From assembly GCA_965250285.1 (NCBI GenBank), contig OZ252299.1, forward strand, positions 5,440,001 to 5,504,000: a stretch of 64,000 nt of DNA, given 5' to 3'. The DNA is from Myxococcota bacterium (GTDB lineage: Bacteria > Myxococcota_A > UBA9160 > UBA4427). The position numbers and the translations under genes are program-made. Each line of letters starts with the position of its first letter. The first letter of the stretch is position 1. Under the pieces are notes generated by a model, which had not been told where the DNA came from, searched no databases, and saw only the letters and a list, made by a program, of their open reading frames with translations. Below are positions 31,053 through 42,121 of this stretch, one piece after another.

Positions 31053-31196
31053 AAGCCGTTGCAGCGGACTTGCTACCGCTGAGGCGATATCGGGTCGTGG
31101 TAGACTGATCAGCGTCCGAGGCGTTTAGTCGCTGCGAGCAAGGCCGCCGCAAGCCGCTGAACGCCGACCGTTAAGCGGCGAGCGCGGAGCAGACGC

Positions 31197-31586
31197 GTGT
31201 CGGCCACACGCAAACCGTATGCGGCAGAGTTCGATGGAGCGTTAGAGCTCTGGCACTCCGGCGACCCGGAGGCTGCTATCACGCAGCTGCAAGACCTGGC
31301 GGTCCGGTATCCGAACGAAGCCGCAATCCACGGCATGCTGGGCGGGTATCTCTACGACCACGGTGGCCTGCTCGAGGCCGAGCCACATGCTCGGGCAGCC
31401 GTGCGGCTGTCCCCACGGTCTCAGCTAGCCGCTCGGACCCTGTTTCACGTTCTTCACGATCTCGGTCGGCTCACGGATGCGATCGAAGAGCTCAAGCGCT
31501 TCAGGTCAGCCACCGAAAGTGACGAGCTTCGTCGCGAATGGTCGCGTCTCGTCCGAGCCGTCGAGGCCGAACTTGGCGAGCGGTGA
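31197..31586 (+). CDS. cassette 14: TPR protein
   Basis: AITQL...YPNEAAIHGMLG...ARAAVRLSP...LHDLGRLTDA. Confidence 0.75.
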   Translation: MSATRKPYAAEFDGALELWHSGDPEAAITQLQDLAVRYPNEAAIHGMLGGYLYDHGGLLEAEPHARAAVRLSPRSQLAARTLFHVLHDLGRLTDAIEELKRFRSATESDELRREWSRLVRAVEAELGER

Positions 31587-31721
31587 TTCGTCTCGCCGCC
31601 TAACAAGCCGTTGCAGCGGACTTGCTAACGCTGAGGTGATTTCGGGTCGTGGTAGACTGGTCGAAGTCTGAGGCGTTCAGCCGCTGCGAGCAAGGCCGCC
31701 GCAAGCCGCTGAACGCCGACC

Positions 31722-32002
31722 GTTAGGCCGCGTGGCACAAGGCCCTCTAGTTGTTGGGTGCCGATTCCTGCCCACCGCCTTCTCGAATCGAGCAGCTCGT
31801 TGCGAGCTCGGCAGCTAGCTGATTTGTTCGCTTCGCCCTTAGGTCACTCCCGACAGATCGCATGCGACGCATCGCCAAAGTGGCCACGGCCGGCTCTCTG
31901 GGGCGAGCTTCGCCTTCGGCCTGCTCATCCTACTTGAGTGCAGAACTCCAGCTTGGTAGAGGGTAGGGCGCCAGGGGGTCTGCTCTTCGCACGCGGTCTA
32001 AC
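31722..32002 (+). ncRNA. ORF-less structured cassette, copy 4
   Basis: Homologous to 27039-27320. Confidence 0.55.
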
Positions 32003-32146
32003 AAGCCGTTGCAGCGGACTTGCTACGGCTGAGGCGTTCTCGGTTCTTGGTAGAATCTCGGGCGTCCGAGGCGTTCAGCCGCTGCGAGCAAGGCCGCCGC
32101 AAGCCGCTGAACGCCGACCGTTAGGCAGCCGGAACGCCAAGCCAAG

Positions 32147-32647
32147 ATGAAACCCCTCGCCCGCCTTGGCTTCATCCTCCTCGGTGTGTACGGGACCCTG
32201 GCGTCGCTGCGAGGTGTCTCCTACTTCATCCGCACGGCGGCGGTCACCCCTCCGGCCGACTCAGGTCAGACGCTCTCTGCTCTCATCATCACCGCGAGCT
32301 TGTTCGATCTCGCGCCGCCGATTCTTCTCATCTGGTTCAGCAAGCGCCTCGCAGACTTCGCGTTTCCTTTCGATCAAGAGGCAAGCCTCGATGTTGGCGC
32401 CTCATCTTTGGTTTCCGCTGGCGTCTCTGTTCTCGGGGTCTACGTCGCGGCGATCGGTGTCTCGGGCTTGGTTGGTGCTGCGGTCGCTGCGGGTACTTCA
32501 GTGCGCTTCCTCGAGAACCCTGCCTTTCGCGAGGGGCTGTTCTCTGGCCTCGGCGAGTCCGTAGCGTTGGTGCTCATCGGCCTGGGCTTGTTCGTCTACG
32601 GTCCTCGGCTGGTCTCGGGCCGAGAGGGCAGAGCGCCGGCTGCCTAA
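32147..32647 (+). CDS. cassette 16: 4-TM membrane protein
   Basis: Hydrophobic; stop in attC. Confidence 0.75.
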   Translation: MKPLARLGFILLGVYGTLASLRGVSYFIRTAAVTPPADSGQTLSALIITASLFDLAPPILLIWFSKRLADFAFPFDQEASLDVGASSLVSAGVSVLGVYVAAIGVSGLVGAAVAAGTSVRFLENPAFREGLFSGLGESVALVLIGLGLFVYGPRLVSGREGRAPAA

Positions 32648-32782
32648 CAAGCCGTTGCAGCGGACTTGCTTACGCTGAGGCGATTTTGGTTCTTGCTAGA
32701 ATCTCGGGCGTCCGAGGCGTTCAGTCACTGCGAGCAAGGCCGCCGCAAGCCGCTGAACGCCGACCGTTAGCCAGCACACGAC

Positions 32783-33331
32783 ATGCGTTGCCAGATCTTC
32801 GTCTCTGTCCTGCTCCTGCTCGCAGCTTCAGGCTCGCGCGCTGAGGAGAACCAACCTGCTTCGAAGGACGAGTTCGGTTCGGTCGTAGTCGTCAGCGAAC
32901 GAATCGAAGCCGCGATCGCGGCGGGTGAGCTTCACCGGCAGACGAAGAACTTCGGTTGGGCCAATCCTGGCTGCAAGCTCCAGGGCTATCCGATTCTCGA
33001 GAGATCGCTCGTCCTCGACACCGAGGGGCAGATTCGGCTCTATGATCGCTCGCAGATCGTCTCGCATGGTGCGATTGAGCGTATCCGAAGCTTCTTTGAC
33101 GAGCGCGGTCGCCTGCGGATCGTCGAGCGGAAGCTCGGCAACACGATCGACCTGGTTAGAGTAAGCGAGTCCGGCAAGATTTTGCTCTCCCGGGTATCCC
33201 ATGACCGCGGCGAAACCTGGCATCAGTACTCCGCTGACTTCGACGACTGGTACATGAATCCGCGCACACCGAGCGAAGTCGAGGCTGAGTTCGCTGAATC
33301 AGAGCCGACGTGTGAGCAAGGTGCAGGCTAA
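32783..33331 (+). CDS. cassette 17: exported hypothetical protein
   Basis: Signal peptide; stop in attC. Confidence 0.75.
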   Translation: MRCQIFVSVLLLLAASGSRAEENQPASKDEFGSVVVVSERIEAAIAAGELHRQTKNFGWANPGCKLQGYPILERSLVLDTEGQIRLYDRSQIVSHGAIERIRSFFDERGRLRIVERKLGNTIDLVRVSESGKILLSRVSHDRGETWHQYSADFDDWYMNPRTPSEVEAEFAESEPTCEQGAG

Positions 33332-33464
33332 CAAGCCGTTGCAGCGGACTTGCTAACGCTGAGGCGATCTCGGGTCGTGGTAGAATCTCGGGTGTCCGAG
33401 GTGTTCAGTTGCTGCGAGCAAGGCCGCCGCAAGCCGCTGAACGCCGACCGTTAGGTGGCGAAGC

Positions 33465-33890
33465 GTGAAGCTGCTGCTCGCCATACTTGTTCCGGTCGTG
33501 CTCGGTTCTTCATTGGCGCTTAGCTGCGTTCCGGACCCGGTGCCTGTGTTGGTGTTCAACAACTCAGGCTCGCAGCTCTTACTCTTCGTCTACGACCGTG
33601 GCTACCGGCTTAGCCCGGGTGACTCTCAGCAGATTGATTTGTACGGCGATTTCAGCACCATATCTGTCTACCTTCCCCGCGGTCGATTCGAATACCTGGT
33701 CTTCTTCGATGAGCTCACGGTCGACTTTCAGAGGCTGATCGGCGGCGAGTACCGCATCCAGATCGAACCAGACCTCCGTGCATTCATCCTGGAGAAGCGC
33801 ACTCGTCCCCCTGTTGACACTGAGAAGATGGTTCAGCCTCCTGGGTTTCCTCTGGTTCCTAAGCTCGCAGAGGCTTGGTCTGCCACCTAA
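33465..33890 (+). CDS. cassette 18: putative lipoprotein
   Basis: ALSC lipobox-like; stop in attC. Confidence 0.7.
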   Translation: MKLLLAILVPVVLGSSLALSCVPDPVPVLVFNNSGSQLLLFVYDRGYRLSPGDSQQIDLYGDFSTISVYLPRGRFEYLVFFDELTVDFQRLIGGEYRIQIEPDLRAFILEKRTRPPVDTEKMVQPPGFPLVPKLAEAWSAT

Positions 33891-34008
33891 CAAGCCGTTG
33901 CAGCGGACTTGCTGACGCTGAGGCGATATCGGGTCGTGGTACCATGTCGGTTGTCAATGGCGTCTCGGCAGGCCGTGCCAGGTCGGCGCAAGCCGCTGAA
34001 CGCCGACC

Positions 34009-34290
34009 GTTAGGCCGCGTGGCACAAGGCTCTCTAGTTGTTGGGTGCCGATTCCTGCCCACCGCCTTCTCGGATCGAGCAGCTCGATGCGAGCTCGCTA
34101 GCTAGTTGACCCGCTCGCTTCGCCCTTAGGTCGTTCCCGACAGATCGCATGCGACACATCGCCAGTGTGGCCACAACCGGCTCTCTGGGGCGAGCTACGC
34201 CTTCGGCCTTGCTCATCCCACTCGACTGCCGAACTCCAGCTTGGCAGGGGGTAGGGCGGCAGAGGGTCTGCTCTTCGCACGCGGTCTAAC
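34009..34290 (+). ncRNA. ORF-less structured cassette, copy 5
   Basis: Homologous to 27039-27320. Confidence 0.55.
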
Positions 34291-34420
34291 AAGCCGTTGC
34301 AGCGGACTTGCTACCGCTGAGGCGCTTTCGGTTCTTGGTAGAATCTCGGTCGTCCCAGGCGCTCAGTCGCTGCGAGCAAGGCCGCCGCAAGCCGCTGAAC
34401 GCCGACCGTTAGGCAGCGGG

Positions 34421-35032
34421 ATGAGTGTCCACCCCGACCAAGTCAAGCCGAATCGCAAGAGTGCACTCACCGGTGGGGCTGCGCTTTTCGTCTTCCTCGG
34501 CTTTATCGTGTTCCTCGCGGTCTTCGCCGGCGATACGTCGCTTCTCTGGAAGCTCGGCGCCGTCGGGTTGCTATCAGCTGGGATCCTGGCTTCATTCCTA
34601 TGGTCGGTGCTGGGGCGAGGTGATTCTCCGACTCCACGGGGCCGTGAGCTTCGGATCGAACGGGGCCGCGTAGCTCAGGTCGAAGGCACCAAGGTCGTCG
34701 CCAGTATCGATGCAACGAAGCCGTTCGCGTACTCGATTCTTGATCGGCACATCGCGACAGACTCTCAGTTCCGCCTGTACCAAGGCCGCGTGGAACTGAC
34801 CTTCTTCAACTCCGACCCTGGCGGCGATGCAGTTGTTCGCGACGTCATCCAGATTAGCTGGCCGCCTCCGAGTCGCGGTGCCAGCAGAAGCGTGGGTCCC
34901 TCATGGGTCGATGGGCTGTCTGCTCAGGCCGATGCTCCGCCCGGCCCGAAGCAAGCACGTTGGCTTGAAGCCCTTACTCTACTCGTGGTCGCCGGTGCAT
35001 TCGCGATCGCATTCGTGGTTCTCTGGCGCTAG
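34421..35032 (+). CDS. cassette 20: membrane protein
   Basis: ATG just after attC; 3 TM segments. Confidence 0.7.
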   Translation: MSVHPDQVKPNRKSALTGGAALFVFLGFIVFLAVFAGDTSLLWKLGAVGLLSAGILASFLWSVLGRGDSPTPRGRELRIERGRVAQVEGTKVVASIDATKPFAYSILDRHIATDSQFRLYQGRVELTFFNSDPGGDAVVRDVIQISWPPPSRGASRSVGPSWVDGLSAQADAPPGPKQARWLEALTLLVVAGAFAIAFVVLWR

Positions 35033-35186
35033 GGGGGAACGCGCCGCAGCCTAACAAGCCGTTGCAGCGGACTTGCTGACGCTGAGGCGGTATCGAGTCA
35101 TGGTAGAATGCCGGGCGTCCGAGGCGTTCGGTCGCTGCGAGCAAGGTCGCCGCAAGCCGCTGAACGCCGACCGTTAGGCGGCGCTC

Positions 35187-35603
35187 GTGAGGCTGCTCGT
35201 ACTAGCGACGCTGACAGCATTCCTCGCCTTTCCCCTCGGCGCGTGGGCGCGTTGTCCGCGCGTGTCGGGCCCCCTCGCAGAGTCCGACCTTCGGTCGGTC
35301 GATCTCATCGTCTTCGGTCGCGTCGTGCACGTCGAGCAGGTGCCGAGTGCGCCTCATGAGCGGTTCGCCGACATCCTGGTGCAAGCGCGCTGGCAGGGCG
35401 AGTCACTCGAACGGGTCAGAGTTTGGCCTCCCGACAGCGTTCACGGCCCACGCTTCGTCGCGGGCAGCGAGTTTCTCGTCTTCGCAAACCGGGTCGGCGA
35501 CCGCTACGAAGCCAGCATGTGCCTTCCTTCATGTACCGGGTCCAACTGCCTATACCAGCTAAAACTCCTAGGCGACCCAGTCGAGCGATTCGATACCGGC
35601 TAG
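35187..35603 (+). CDS. cassette 21: exported TIMP/NTR-like protein
   Basis: Signal peptide then C; DLIVFGRV, F..GSEFLVFA, SMC. Confidence 0.6.
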   Translation: MRLLVLATLTAFLAFPLGAWARCPRVSGPLAESDLRSVDLIVFGRVVHVEQVPSAPHERFADILVQARWQGESLERVRVWPPDSVHGPRFVAGSEFLVFANRVGDRYEASMCLPSCTGSNCLYQLKLLGDPVERFDTG

Positions 35604-35737
35604 TCAGGCGCCGCCTAACAAGCCGTTGCAGCGGACTTGCTTACGTTTGAGCCGATTTGGGTCGTGGTACTATGCCGAATGTCGATGGCGTCTCGGCAGG
35701 CAGTGCCAAATTGGCGCACGCCGCTGAACGCCGATCC

Positions 35738-36018
35738 GTTAGGCCGCGTGGCACAAGGCCCTCTAGTTCTTGGGTGCCAATTCCTGCCCACCGCCTTGTC
35801 GAGTCGAGCAGCCCGTTGCGAGCTCGGGCGCTAGCTGACCTGCTTGCTTCGCCCTTAGGTCATTCCCGACAGATCGCATGCGACGCATCGCCAAAGTGGC
35901 CACAACCGGCTCTCTGGGGCGATCTTCGCCTTCGGCTTGCTGGTCCAACTCGACTGCCGAACTCCAGCTTGGCAGGGGGTAGGGCGGTAGCGGGCCGGCT
36001 CTTCGCACGCGGTCTAAC
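35738..36018 (+). ncRNA. ORF-less structured cassette, copy 6
   Basis: Homologous to 27039-27320. Confidence 0.55.
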
Positions 36019-36135
36019 AAGCCGTTGCAGCGGACTTGCTACCGCTGGGGTGCTTTCGGTTCTTGGTAGAATCTCGGGTGTCCGAGGCGTTCAGTCGCTG
36101 CGAGCAAGGTCGCCGCAAGCCGCTGAACGCCGACC

Positions 36136-36416
36136 GTTAGGCCGCGTGGCACAAGGCCCTCTAGTTGTTGGGTGCCGGTTCCTGCCCACCGCCTTCTCGA
36201 GTCGGGCAGCTCGTTGCGAGCTCGGGCGCGAGCTGACCTATCTGCTTCGCCCTTAGGTCACTCCCAATAGATCGCATGTGACGCATCGCCAAAGTGGCCA
36301 CAACCGGCTCTCTGCGGCGAGCTTCGCCTTCGGCCTTCTCGTCCTACTCGAGTGCAGAACGCCAGCTTGGCAGGGGGAAGGGCGCCAGAGGGTCCGCTCT
36401 TCGCACGCGGTCTAAC
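36136..36416 (+). ncRNA. ORF-less structured cassette, copy 7 (adjacent to copy 6)
   Basis: Homologous but diverged from copy 6. Confidence 0.55.
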
Positions 36417-36545
36417 AAGCCGTTGCAGCGGACTTGCTACCGCTGAGGCGGTCCCGGTTGTTGTTAGGATCTCGGGCGTCCGAGGCGTTCAGTCACTGCG
36501 AGCAAGGCCGCCGCAAGCCGCTGAACGCCGACCGTTAGGCAGCGA

Positions 36546-36806
36546 GTGCCGAGCTGGCTCCGAAAAATGTACTGGACCGGTATCCAGATACTCGTAGCCG
36601 GGCTCGCGTCTTCCGCCGGCGCGGTCTACTTCTTGTTGCGACCCGTCGGCGAGTATCACGAGCCTTCCGGCTACGGCGAACGACTGGTCGTCGGGCTAGC
36701 CCTGTTCGGCGTTGTCGCGACCATCGGAGGCGCTCGCATTGTCCACCAGGCCAGGCGTTCCGCACCGAATGCCGAGAGTCATCCGAACGAGAATCCACCT
36801 TCGTAG
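36546..36806 (+). CDS. cassette 24: small 2-TM protein
   Basis: Fills the cassette. Confidence 0.6.
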   Translation: MPSWLRKMYWTGIQILVAGLASSAGAVYFLLRPVGEYHEPSGYGERLVVGLALFGVVATIGGARIVHQARRSAPNAESHPNENPPS

Positions 36807-36985
36807 GGCTAACGAGCGACGCCATCAGGCCCCGCTCGCTGCCTAACAAGCCGTTGCAGCGGACTTGCTAACGCTTAGGCGATATCGGGTCGTGGTAGAA
36901 TCTCGGGCGTCCAAGGCGTTCAGTCACTGCGAGCAAGGTCGCCGCAAGCCGCTGAACGCCGACCGTTAGATGGCGCGAGCGGGTC

Positions 36986-37399
36986 TTGATGCGTTCTCGG
37001 TTGAGCCTTCTTCTGCTGCTCTCGATCGTGCTCCTTCTGTCGATCGCCTGCGACCCCATATACCGTCTACGCGTCACCGGGCCGGTGCCAACGGCGCCGG
37101 TGCCAGACTGCGTGCTCGAATCGCTCGACGCCGACGACCGCGTCACCGAGCCGTCGATAGTGACTCCTGGCGCAATAGCGGCGACGCTAGTCGTACCACC
37201 GAGCATGTCAGTTCCGGAGTCGCATCCCGAACTATCGGTGCACTTCTCCCATACTGAAACGTGGGGTGGTGATCTCGAGATTCAGATGCTGTGGGTGGGC
37301 CCCAAGGCCTCGCGAGAGTACGAGCAGTACGCAACGAATGTCATTCGCGAGCTCCACTTTGTTCTCACCAAGAGGTGCGTTCCGCCCTCCGCCACATAG
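36986..37399 (+). CDS. cassette 25: putative lipoprotein
   Basis: SIAC lipobox-like. Confidence 0.7.
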   Translation: MMRSRLSLLLLLSIVLLLSIACDPIYRLRVTGPVPTAPVPDCVLESLDADDRVTEPSIVTPGAIAATLVVPPSMSVPESHPELSVHFSHTETWGGDLEIQMLWVGPKASREYEQYATNVIRELHFVLTKRCVPPSAT

Positions 37400-37537
37400 C
37401 AGTTGGGCGCGCGCCATCTAACAAGCCGTTGCAGCGGACGTGGCAACGCCTATGCCGTATCGGTCGTGGTAGGCTTACGGTTTTCGAGGCTTCGGCGTTC
37501 GCGGTGCAAGGTTGCGCCACGCCGCTGAACGCCGACC

Positions 37538-37876
37538 GTTAGATGGCGGAGACGCGAGATAGGACGTTACAAGTTCAAGCTTGGCCAGAAGCCACGACGA
37601 AAGCGCCGGTTAGATTCCGGGCGTACGCGCATTCGTCGAGGTGGCGATCCGACGGCAGCAGGAAGAGAGCGGGGCGATCCGATTTCTCCCGAAGAGCGTT
37701 GGGTTCCGAGCTTCGACGACGTAATTGCAGCATTGGTCGTCATTTCGCTGATCACATTCTTCATTGCCGCGTTCTGTTCTCTTGGCCACTGTTCATGTGC
37801 GGGGCTGAGTGCTTACTCGAACTCTCGAGTGAGTCTCGTCACTCCGTTGCCCCTGCAGATTCGCCCGCCATCTAAC
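37538..37876 (+). mobile_element. cassette 26: second copy of cassette 6
   Basis: Sequence matches 27438-27776. Confidence 0.9.
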
Positions 37877-38040
37877 AAGGCGTTGCAGCGGACTTGCTTA
37901 GGCTGAGGCGATATCGGGTCGTGGTAGACTGCCGGGTGTCCGAGGCATTCAGCCGCTGCGAGCTAGGTCGCCGCAAGCCGCTGAACGCCGACCGTTAGGC
38001 GGCGACGCATTCGCCCGATCGTCGACGTGGGCGGGCTGCA

Positions 38041-38214
38041 TTGATCGATCTACTCGTCGGTCTCCTAGATCTCAGCCATCTCTGGCGCCTCTTTCTGCCA
38101 CCGGTTCTTCTGGGCGCAGCATGCTTCTTCGCCTGGGGCGGGTCGGCAGCGCAGTACGGTGCTGTAGCCGGTCTTCCTATCGGCCTGGTTTGGGCGCTTC
38201 GACATCGGAGCTAG
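38041..38214 (+). CDS. cassette 27: 57-aa membrane peptide (below ORF-track cutoff)
   Basis: TTG start; LIDLLVGLLDLSHLWRLFLPPVLLGAACFFAWGG...LPIGLVWALRHRS. Confidence 0.5.
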   Translation: MIDLLVGLLDLSHLWRLFLPPVLLGAACFFAWGGSAAQYGAVAGLPIGLVWALRHRS

Positions 38215-38446
38215 CGCTCATTTCGATCTTCCAAAGGCCGTCTGTTGTCGCGTACTCGCCGGTCGCCGCCTAACAAGCCGTTGCAGCGGACTTGCTAACG
38301 CTTGAGCCGATTCGGGTCGTGGTACCATGGCAGCTGTCGATGGCGTCTCGGCAGGCTGTGCCAGATCGGCGCAAGCCGCTGAACGCCGACCGTTAGGCGG
38401 CGGAACTGTGTGCTGAAGCGTGCCGCGGGAATGACGGAGCCCTTCG

Positions 38447-38740
38447 ATGAAGCGAACAGCCTACTCGCCCGAACTGCAGTCGGAACTCGCACATGGTAAG
38501 TATACGAAGTGGGCAGCTGATCTGACTGAAGCCGAGCTTTACAACCTGCTATGGCTCGTAGGCGAGTTCGGCGTTCGCACGCCAGAAGACAGCGAGGGGC
38601 CGGTGATCGGCGCGAGTCACCGACGCGCCGGCGCTCGCTGGGGCATAGTTCAGTATGTCCGCTGCCGGCGAGCGGTGTCGTTCCAGCGCGCCATACGTCG
38701 TTACAATCCAGACGGCTCGTTGAGAAAGCCGAGTGCCTAG
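38447..38740 (+). CDS. cassette 28: hypothetical protein
   Basis: GGAG SD; duplicated at 45226. Confidence 0.65.
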   Translation: MKRTAYSPELQSELAHGKYTKWAADLTEAELYNLLWLVGEFGVRTPEDSEGPVIGASHRRAGARWGIVQYVRCRRAVSFQRAIRRYNPDGSLRKPSA

Positions 38741-38889
38741 CTCGTCCGCCGCCTAACAAGCCGTTGCAGCGGACTTGCTAACGCTGAGGCGATATCGGGT
38801 CGTGGTAGACTGGCCGGTGTCCGAGGCGTTCAGCCGCAGCGCGCAAGGCCGCCGCAAGCCGCTGAACGCCGACCGTTAGGCGGCACTCG

Positions 38890-39255
38890 ATGCTTGGCCT
38901 GGCTCGCGCACGGGGCTTGGGTGCTCGCTTGGAGAACGTGGCTCTCTTTGCAGGGCTCACTACTGTGTCCCTGCTCTTCGTGGCCTTGCGCAAGACTTAT
39001 CTCTATCCCGACGATGTCACCATTCCATACCTAAGCGGTCCCAGGCTCTGGTTCTCCGCGAGTCTAATTGCAGGTACCGTCGGCGCCTCTTTGGTGCTTC
39101 GTGTTCGGCGCTCGCAGCGTCTCCGTTTGCGCGGCGTCGCTGCTCTTTCGCTGTCTGCGAGTCCGCTCGTTCTCGTGCTCGCGCTGCTTGTTGTGGTCGC
39201 CGTGGCCTATGTGGCCGGGGTCCAGGTTTTCATCTGGGCGCAAGGTGCCGCCTAA
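38890..39255 (+). CDS. cassette 29: membrane protein
   Basis: 3 TM segments; stop in attC. Confidence 0.7.
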   Translation: MLGLARARGLGARLENVALFAGLTTVSLLFVALRKTYLYPDDVTIPYLSGPRLWFSASLIAGTVGASLVLRVRRSQRLRLRGVAALSLSASPLVLVLALLVVVAVAYVAGVQVFIWAQGAA

Positions 39256-39388
39256 CAAGCCGTTGCAGCGGACTTGCTCCCGCTGAGGCGATATCGGGTC
39301 GTGGTAGACTGGCCGGCGTCCGAGGCGTTCAGCCACTGCGAGCAAGGCCGCCGCAAGCCGCTGAACGCCGACCGTTAGGCGGCCGCTC

Positions 39389-39772
39389 GTGCACGTTCGT
39401 GTGATCTTCATCGGTCTGCTGCTGCTCGGCTCAGCTGCTGGCGACGTCGCTCTTGCAGAACCGGCTTGCCAGATGCCGCCTGATTCTGCCTCGGTCCGAT
39501 CTCGGGTCCTGGGGGCGACGCGTCTGCTTCCAACTTACGTCGATGGAAAGATGGTCGGGCTCACCGTCGACCAGATCGATCCCGACAGTCTCCTGGCACC
39601 TTCCGATCTGCGCGTTGGTGACATGATCGTTGCAGTCAACGGACTCGATATCACCAACCCAAAGTCCGGTAAAGAACTCCTCTGTCGCCTGGGTCGATCA
39701 GAACCGGTCACTATTCATGTTGAGCGAGATTCCGGCGAGCGCGTCCCCATCACCATCGCCGCGGCCGCCTAA
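39389..39772 (+). CDS. cassette 30: exported PDZ-domain protein (GspC PDZ-like)
   Basis: DGKMVGL...PDSL...LRVGDMIVAVNG...VERD. Confidence 0.75.
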   Translation: MHVRVIFIGLLLLGSAAGDVALAEPACQMPPDSASVRSRVLGATRLLPTYVDGKMVGLTVDQIDPDSLLAPSDLRVGDMIVAVNGLDITNPKSGKELLCRLGRSEPVTIHVERDSGERVPITIAAAA

Positions 39773-39905
39773 CAAGCCGTTGCAGCGGACTTGCTAACGC
39801 TGGTTCGATATCGGGTCATGGTAGACTGCCGGGTGTCCGAGGCGTTCAGTCGCTGCGAGCAAGGCCGCCGCAAGCCGCTGAACGCCGACCGTTAGGCGGC
39901 CGCGG

Positions 39906-40352
39906 GTGGGTAGCGAAGCCGATCAGATCGAGAAGATCCTTTCTCGCCGCAAGAATGCGCGCGCGAGGCTTTCGCTGTCCTACATGTCCGACACAAAGTG
40001 GGCTCGCGCGCTCACAGCGCTCGCCGAGAAGCACCCGGGCCTCCATTGCACATGGAAGCTGGTAGGCAACCCGGAGCCGTGTCCAGGCCATCTGCCGATC
40101 GAGCCCCCGTTGCGCCAGCAAAGCCACCTCGACGACGGCTGGCTGCTGGCGCCGTTCTTCTTACTCCCGAACTACAGCGATGTCGAATGGCTGGAGGTGC
40201 CAGCTCGAGCCCGTTGGCAGCCGCATCCGAAGCTAGAGCCCGTCACTTCTACTCAAGACATTCAGTCGATCGCCCAAACCCTCGAGGCCGTTGGCTCTCT
40301 CGAACTCGAGGCAACTGAGACGCACCTGCGGCTATACGGCTATCGCCCCTAG
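39906..40352 (+). CDS. cassette 31: hypothetical (DUF6678-like)
   Basis: SYMSDTKW...YSDVEWLE...LRLYGY. Confidence 0.65.
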   Translation: MGSEADQIEKILSRRKNARARLSLSYMSDTKWARALTALAEKHPGLHCTWKLVGNPEPCPGHLPIEPPLRQQSHLDDGWLLAPFFLLPNYSDVEWLEVPARARWQPHPKLEPVTSTQDIQSIAQTLEAVGSLELEATETHLRLYGYRP

Positions 40353-40528
40353 ACGCGCGCCGCCTAACAAGCCGTTGCAGCGGACTTGCTCACGCTGAGG
40401 CGTTGTCGGGTCGTGGTAGAGTCACGGGCATCCGAGGCGTTTAGTCGCTGCGAGCAAGGCCGCCGCAAGCCGCTGAACGCCGACCGTTAGGCGGCGCGGG
40501 TATCGCTGCAATCGCTAGCGTCACGGGG

Positions 40529-40894
40529 ATGCCGATCGGTAGGTCGCTCACTTATCCGGGCCGCGCAGTAGCCGCTTTCTTGGCCGTCTGGGGCATCGGG
40601 CTGGCCGTAGCATCAGCAGTCTCTCTCGTGCTTGGGCAGTTTCCTGCCTCGCTTGGCCTTGGCGGCGCGATCTCTGCTCTCGTAGTGACTTCCCTTGTGT
40701 CTGCCTACGCAATTCGGTCCGGCCTCGCTCGGCTAGCTCTCGCGTCGTACGCTGCTTGGTCGGTCCTGCTCTTCGGGCTGTTTTTCCATGCCGTCTATGA
40801 CCCTGGTCGTCCACAAGACGTGTTTGGCTATGCGTTTGCGGCTCTCTTTCTCGGCCTTCTGGGTCTCTATCTCGCGCGACAGCTGCGGCACTAG
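40529..40894 (+). CDS. cassette 32: 4-TM membrane protein
   Basis: Hydrophobic ORF filling the cassette. Confidence 0.7.
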   Translation: MPIGRSLTYPGRAVAAFLAVWGIGLAVASAVSLVLGQFPASLGLGGAISALVVTSLVSAYAIRSGLARLALASYAAWSVLLFGLFFHAVYDPGRPQDVFGYAFAALFLGLLGLYLARQLRH

Positions 40895-41035
40895 CAGGTT
40901 GTCGCGTCGCCGCCTAACAAGCCGTTGCAGCGGACTTGCTAACGCTGAGGCGATATCAGGTCGTGGTAGAATGGCGGGCGTCTGAGGCGCTCAGTCGCTG
41001 CGAGCAAGGCCGCCGCAAGCCGCTGAACGCCGACC

Positions 41036-41374
41036 GTTAGATGGCGGAGACGCGAGATAGGACGTTACAAGTTCAAGCTTGGCCAGAAGCCACGACGAAA
41101 GCGCCGGTTAGATTCCGGGCGTACGCGCATTCGTCGAGGTGGCGATCCGACGGCAGCAGGAAGAGAGCGGGGCGATCCGATTTCTCCCGAAGAGCGTTGG
41201 GTTCCGAGCTTCGACGACGTAATTGCAGCATTGGTCGTCATTTCGCTGATCACATTCTTCATTGCCGCGTTCTGTTCTCTTGGCCACTGTTCATGTGCGG
41301 GGCTGAGTGCTTACTCGAACTCTCGAGTGAGTCTCGTCACTCCGTTGCCCCTGCAGATTCGCCCGCCATCTAAC
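41036..41374 (+). mobile_element. cassette 33: third copy of cassette 6
   Basis: Sequence matches 27438-27776. Confidence 0.9.
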
Positions 41375-41516
41375 AAGGCGTTGCAGCGGACTTGCTTAGG
41401 CTGAGGCGATATCGGGTCGTGGTAGACTGCCGGGTGTCCGAGGCATTCAGCCGCTGCGAGCTAGGTCGCCGCAAGCCGCTGAACGCCGACCGTTAAGTGG
41501 CACGATCGGCGGCCAG

Positions 41517-41987
41517 GTGGTGACTCTCGAACTCCGGTGGTCCAAGACGAAGCTCTATCTGTATCTGGCCGGCTCTTGCGCTTTCGTAGCTGGCAGCATT
41601 CTGGCCGATCTCCAGTGGTGGGAACGCGCGCTCGCTGCTGTCATTGGTGTCGTCGGCTCGGTGGCTCTTGCGCTGCGCCTTCAGCGGCAGACCCAACCGG
41701 TCTTGGTCATCTCGCCGGAAGGAGTTCAAGACTCCCGACTGACGCCGTCCCTCATGCCGTGGTCAACGATCGAGGCGGTGCAGTTCGAACCCAAGTACTT
41801 CCGCGGTGGTGCGATCCTCGTTGACCTGCACGCCGGTCTTCCAACTCCGACGGTCAACGCCAGCCTCTTCACGACACGAGGTCACTCGCCGACAGCTCAA
41901 GAAGGGCGTGTCAGGCTGCCGCTGTACGATCTGTCCTTCGACTCAGGCGCGGTGCGTCAGGCTCTCGAAGCCACGCGTGCCACCTAA
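41517..41987 (+). CDS. cassette 34: 2-TM protein with PH-like domain
   Basis: PVLVISPEGVQD...MPWSTIEAV. Confidence 0.7.
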   Translation: MVTLELRWSKTKLYLYLAGSCAFVAGSILADLQWWERALAAVIGVVGSVALALRLQRQTQPVLVISPEGVQDSRLTPSLMPWSTIEAVQFEPKYFRGGAILVDLHAGLPTPTVNASLFTTRGHSPTAQEGRVRLPLYDLSFDSGAVRQALEATRAT

Positions 41988-42121
41988 CAAGCCGTTGCAG
42001 CGGACTTGCTAACGCTGAGGCGATATCGGGTCGTGGTAGACTGGCCGGTGTCCGAGGCGTTCAGCCGCAGCGAGCAAGGCCGCCGCAAGCCGCTGAACGC
42101 CGACCGTTAGGTGGCGGGGGA

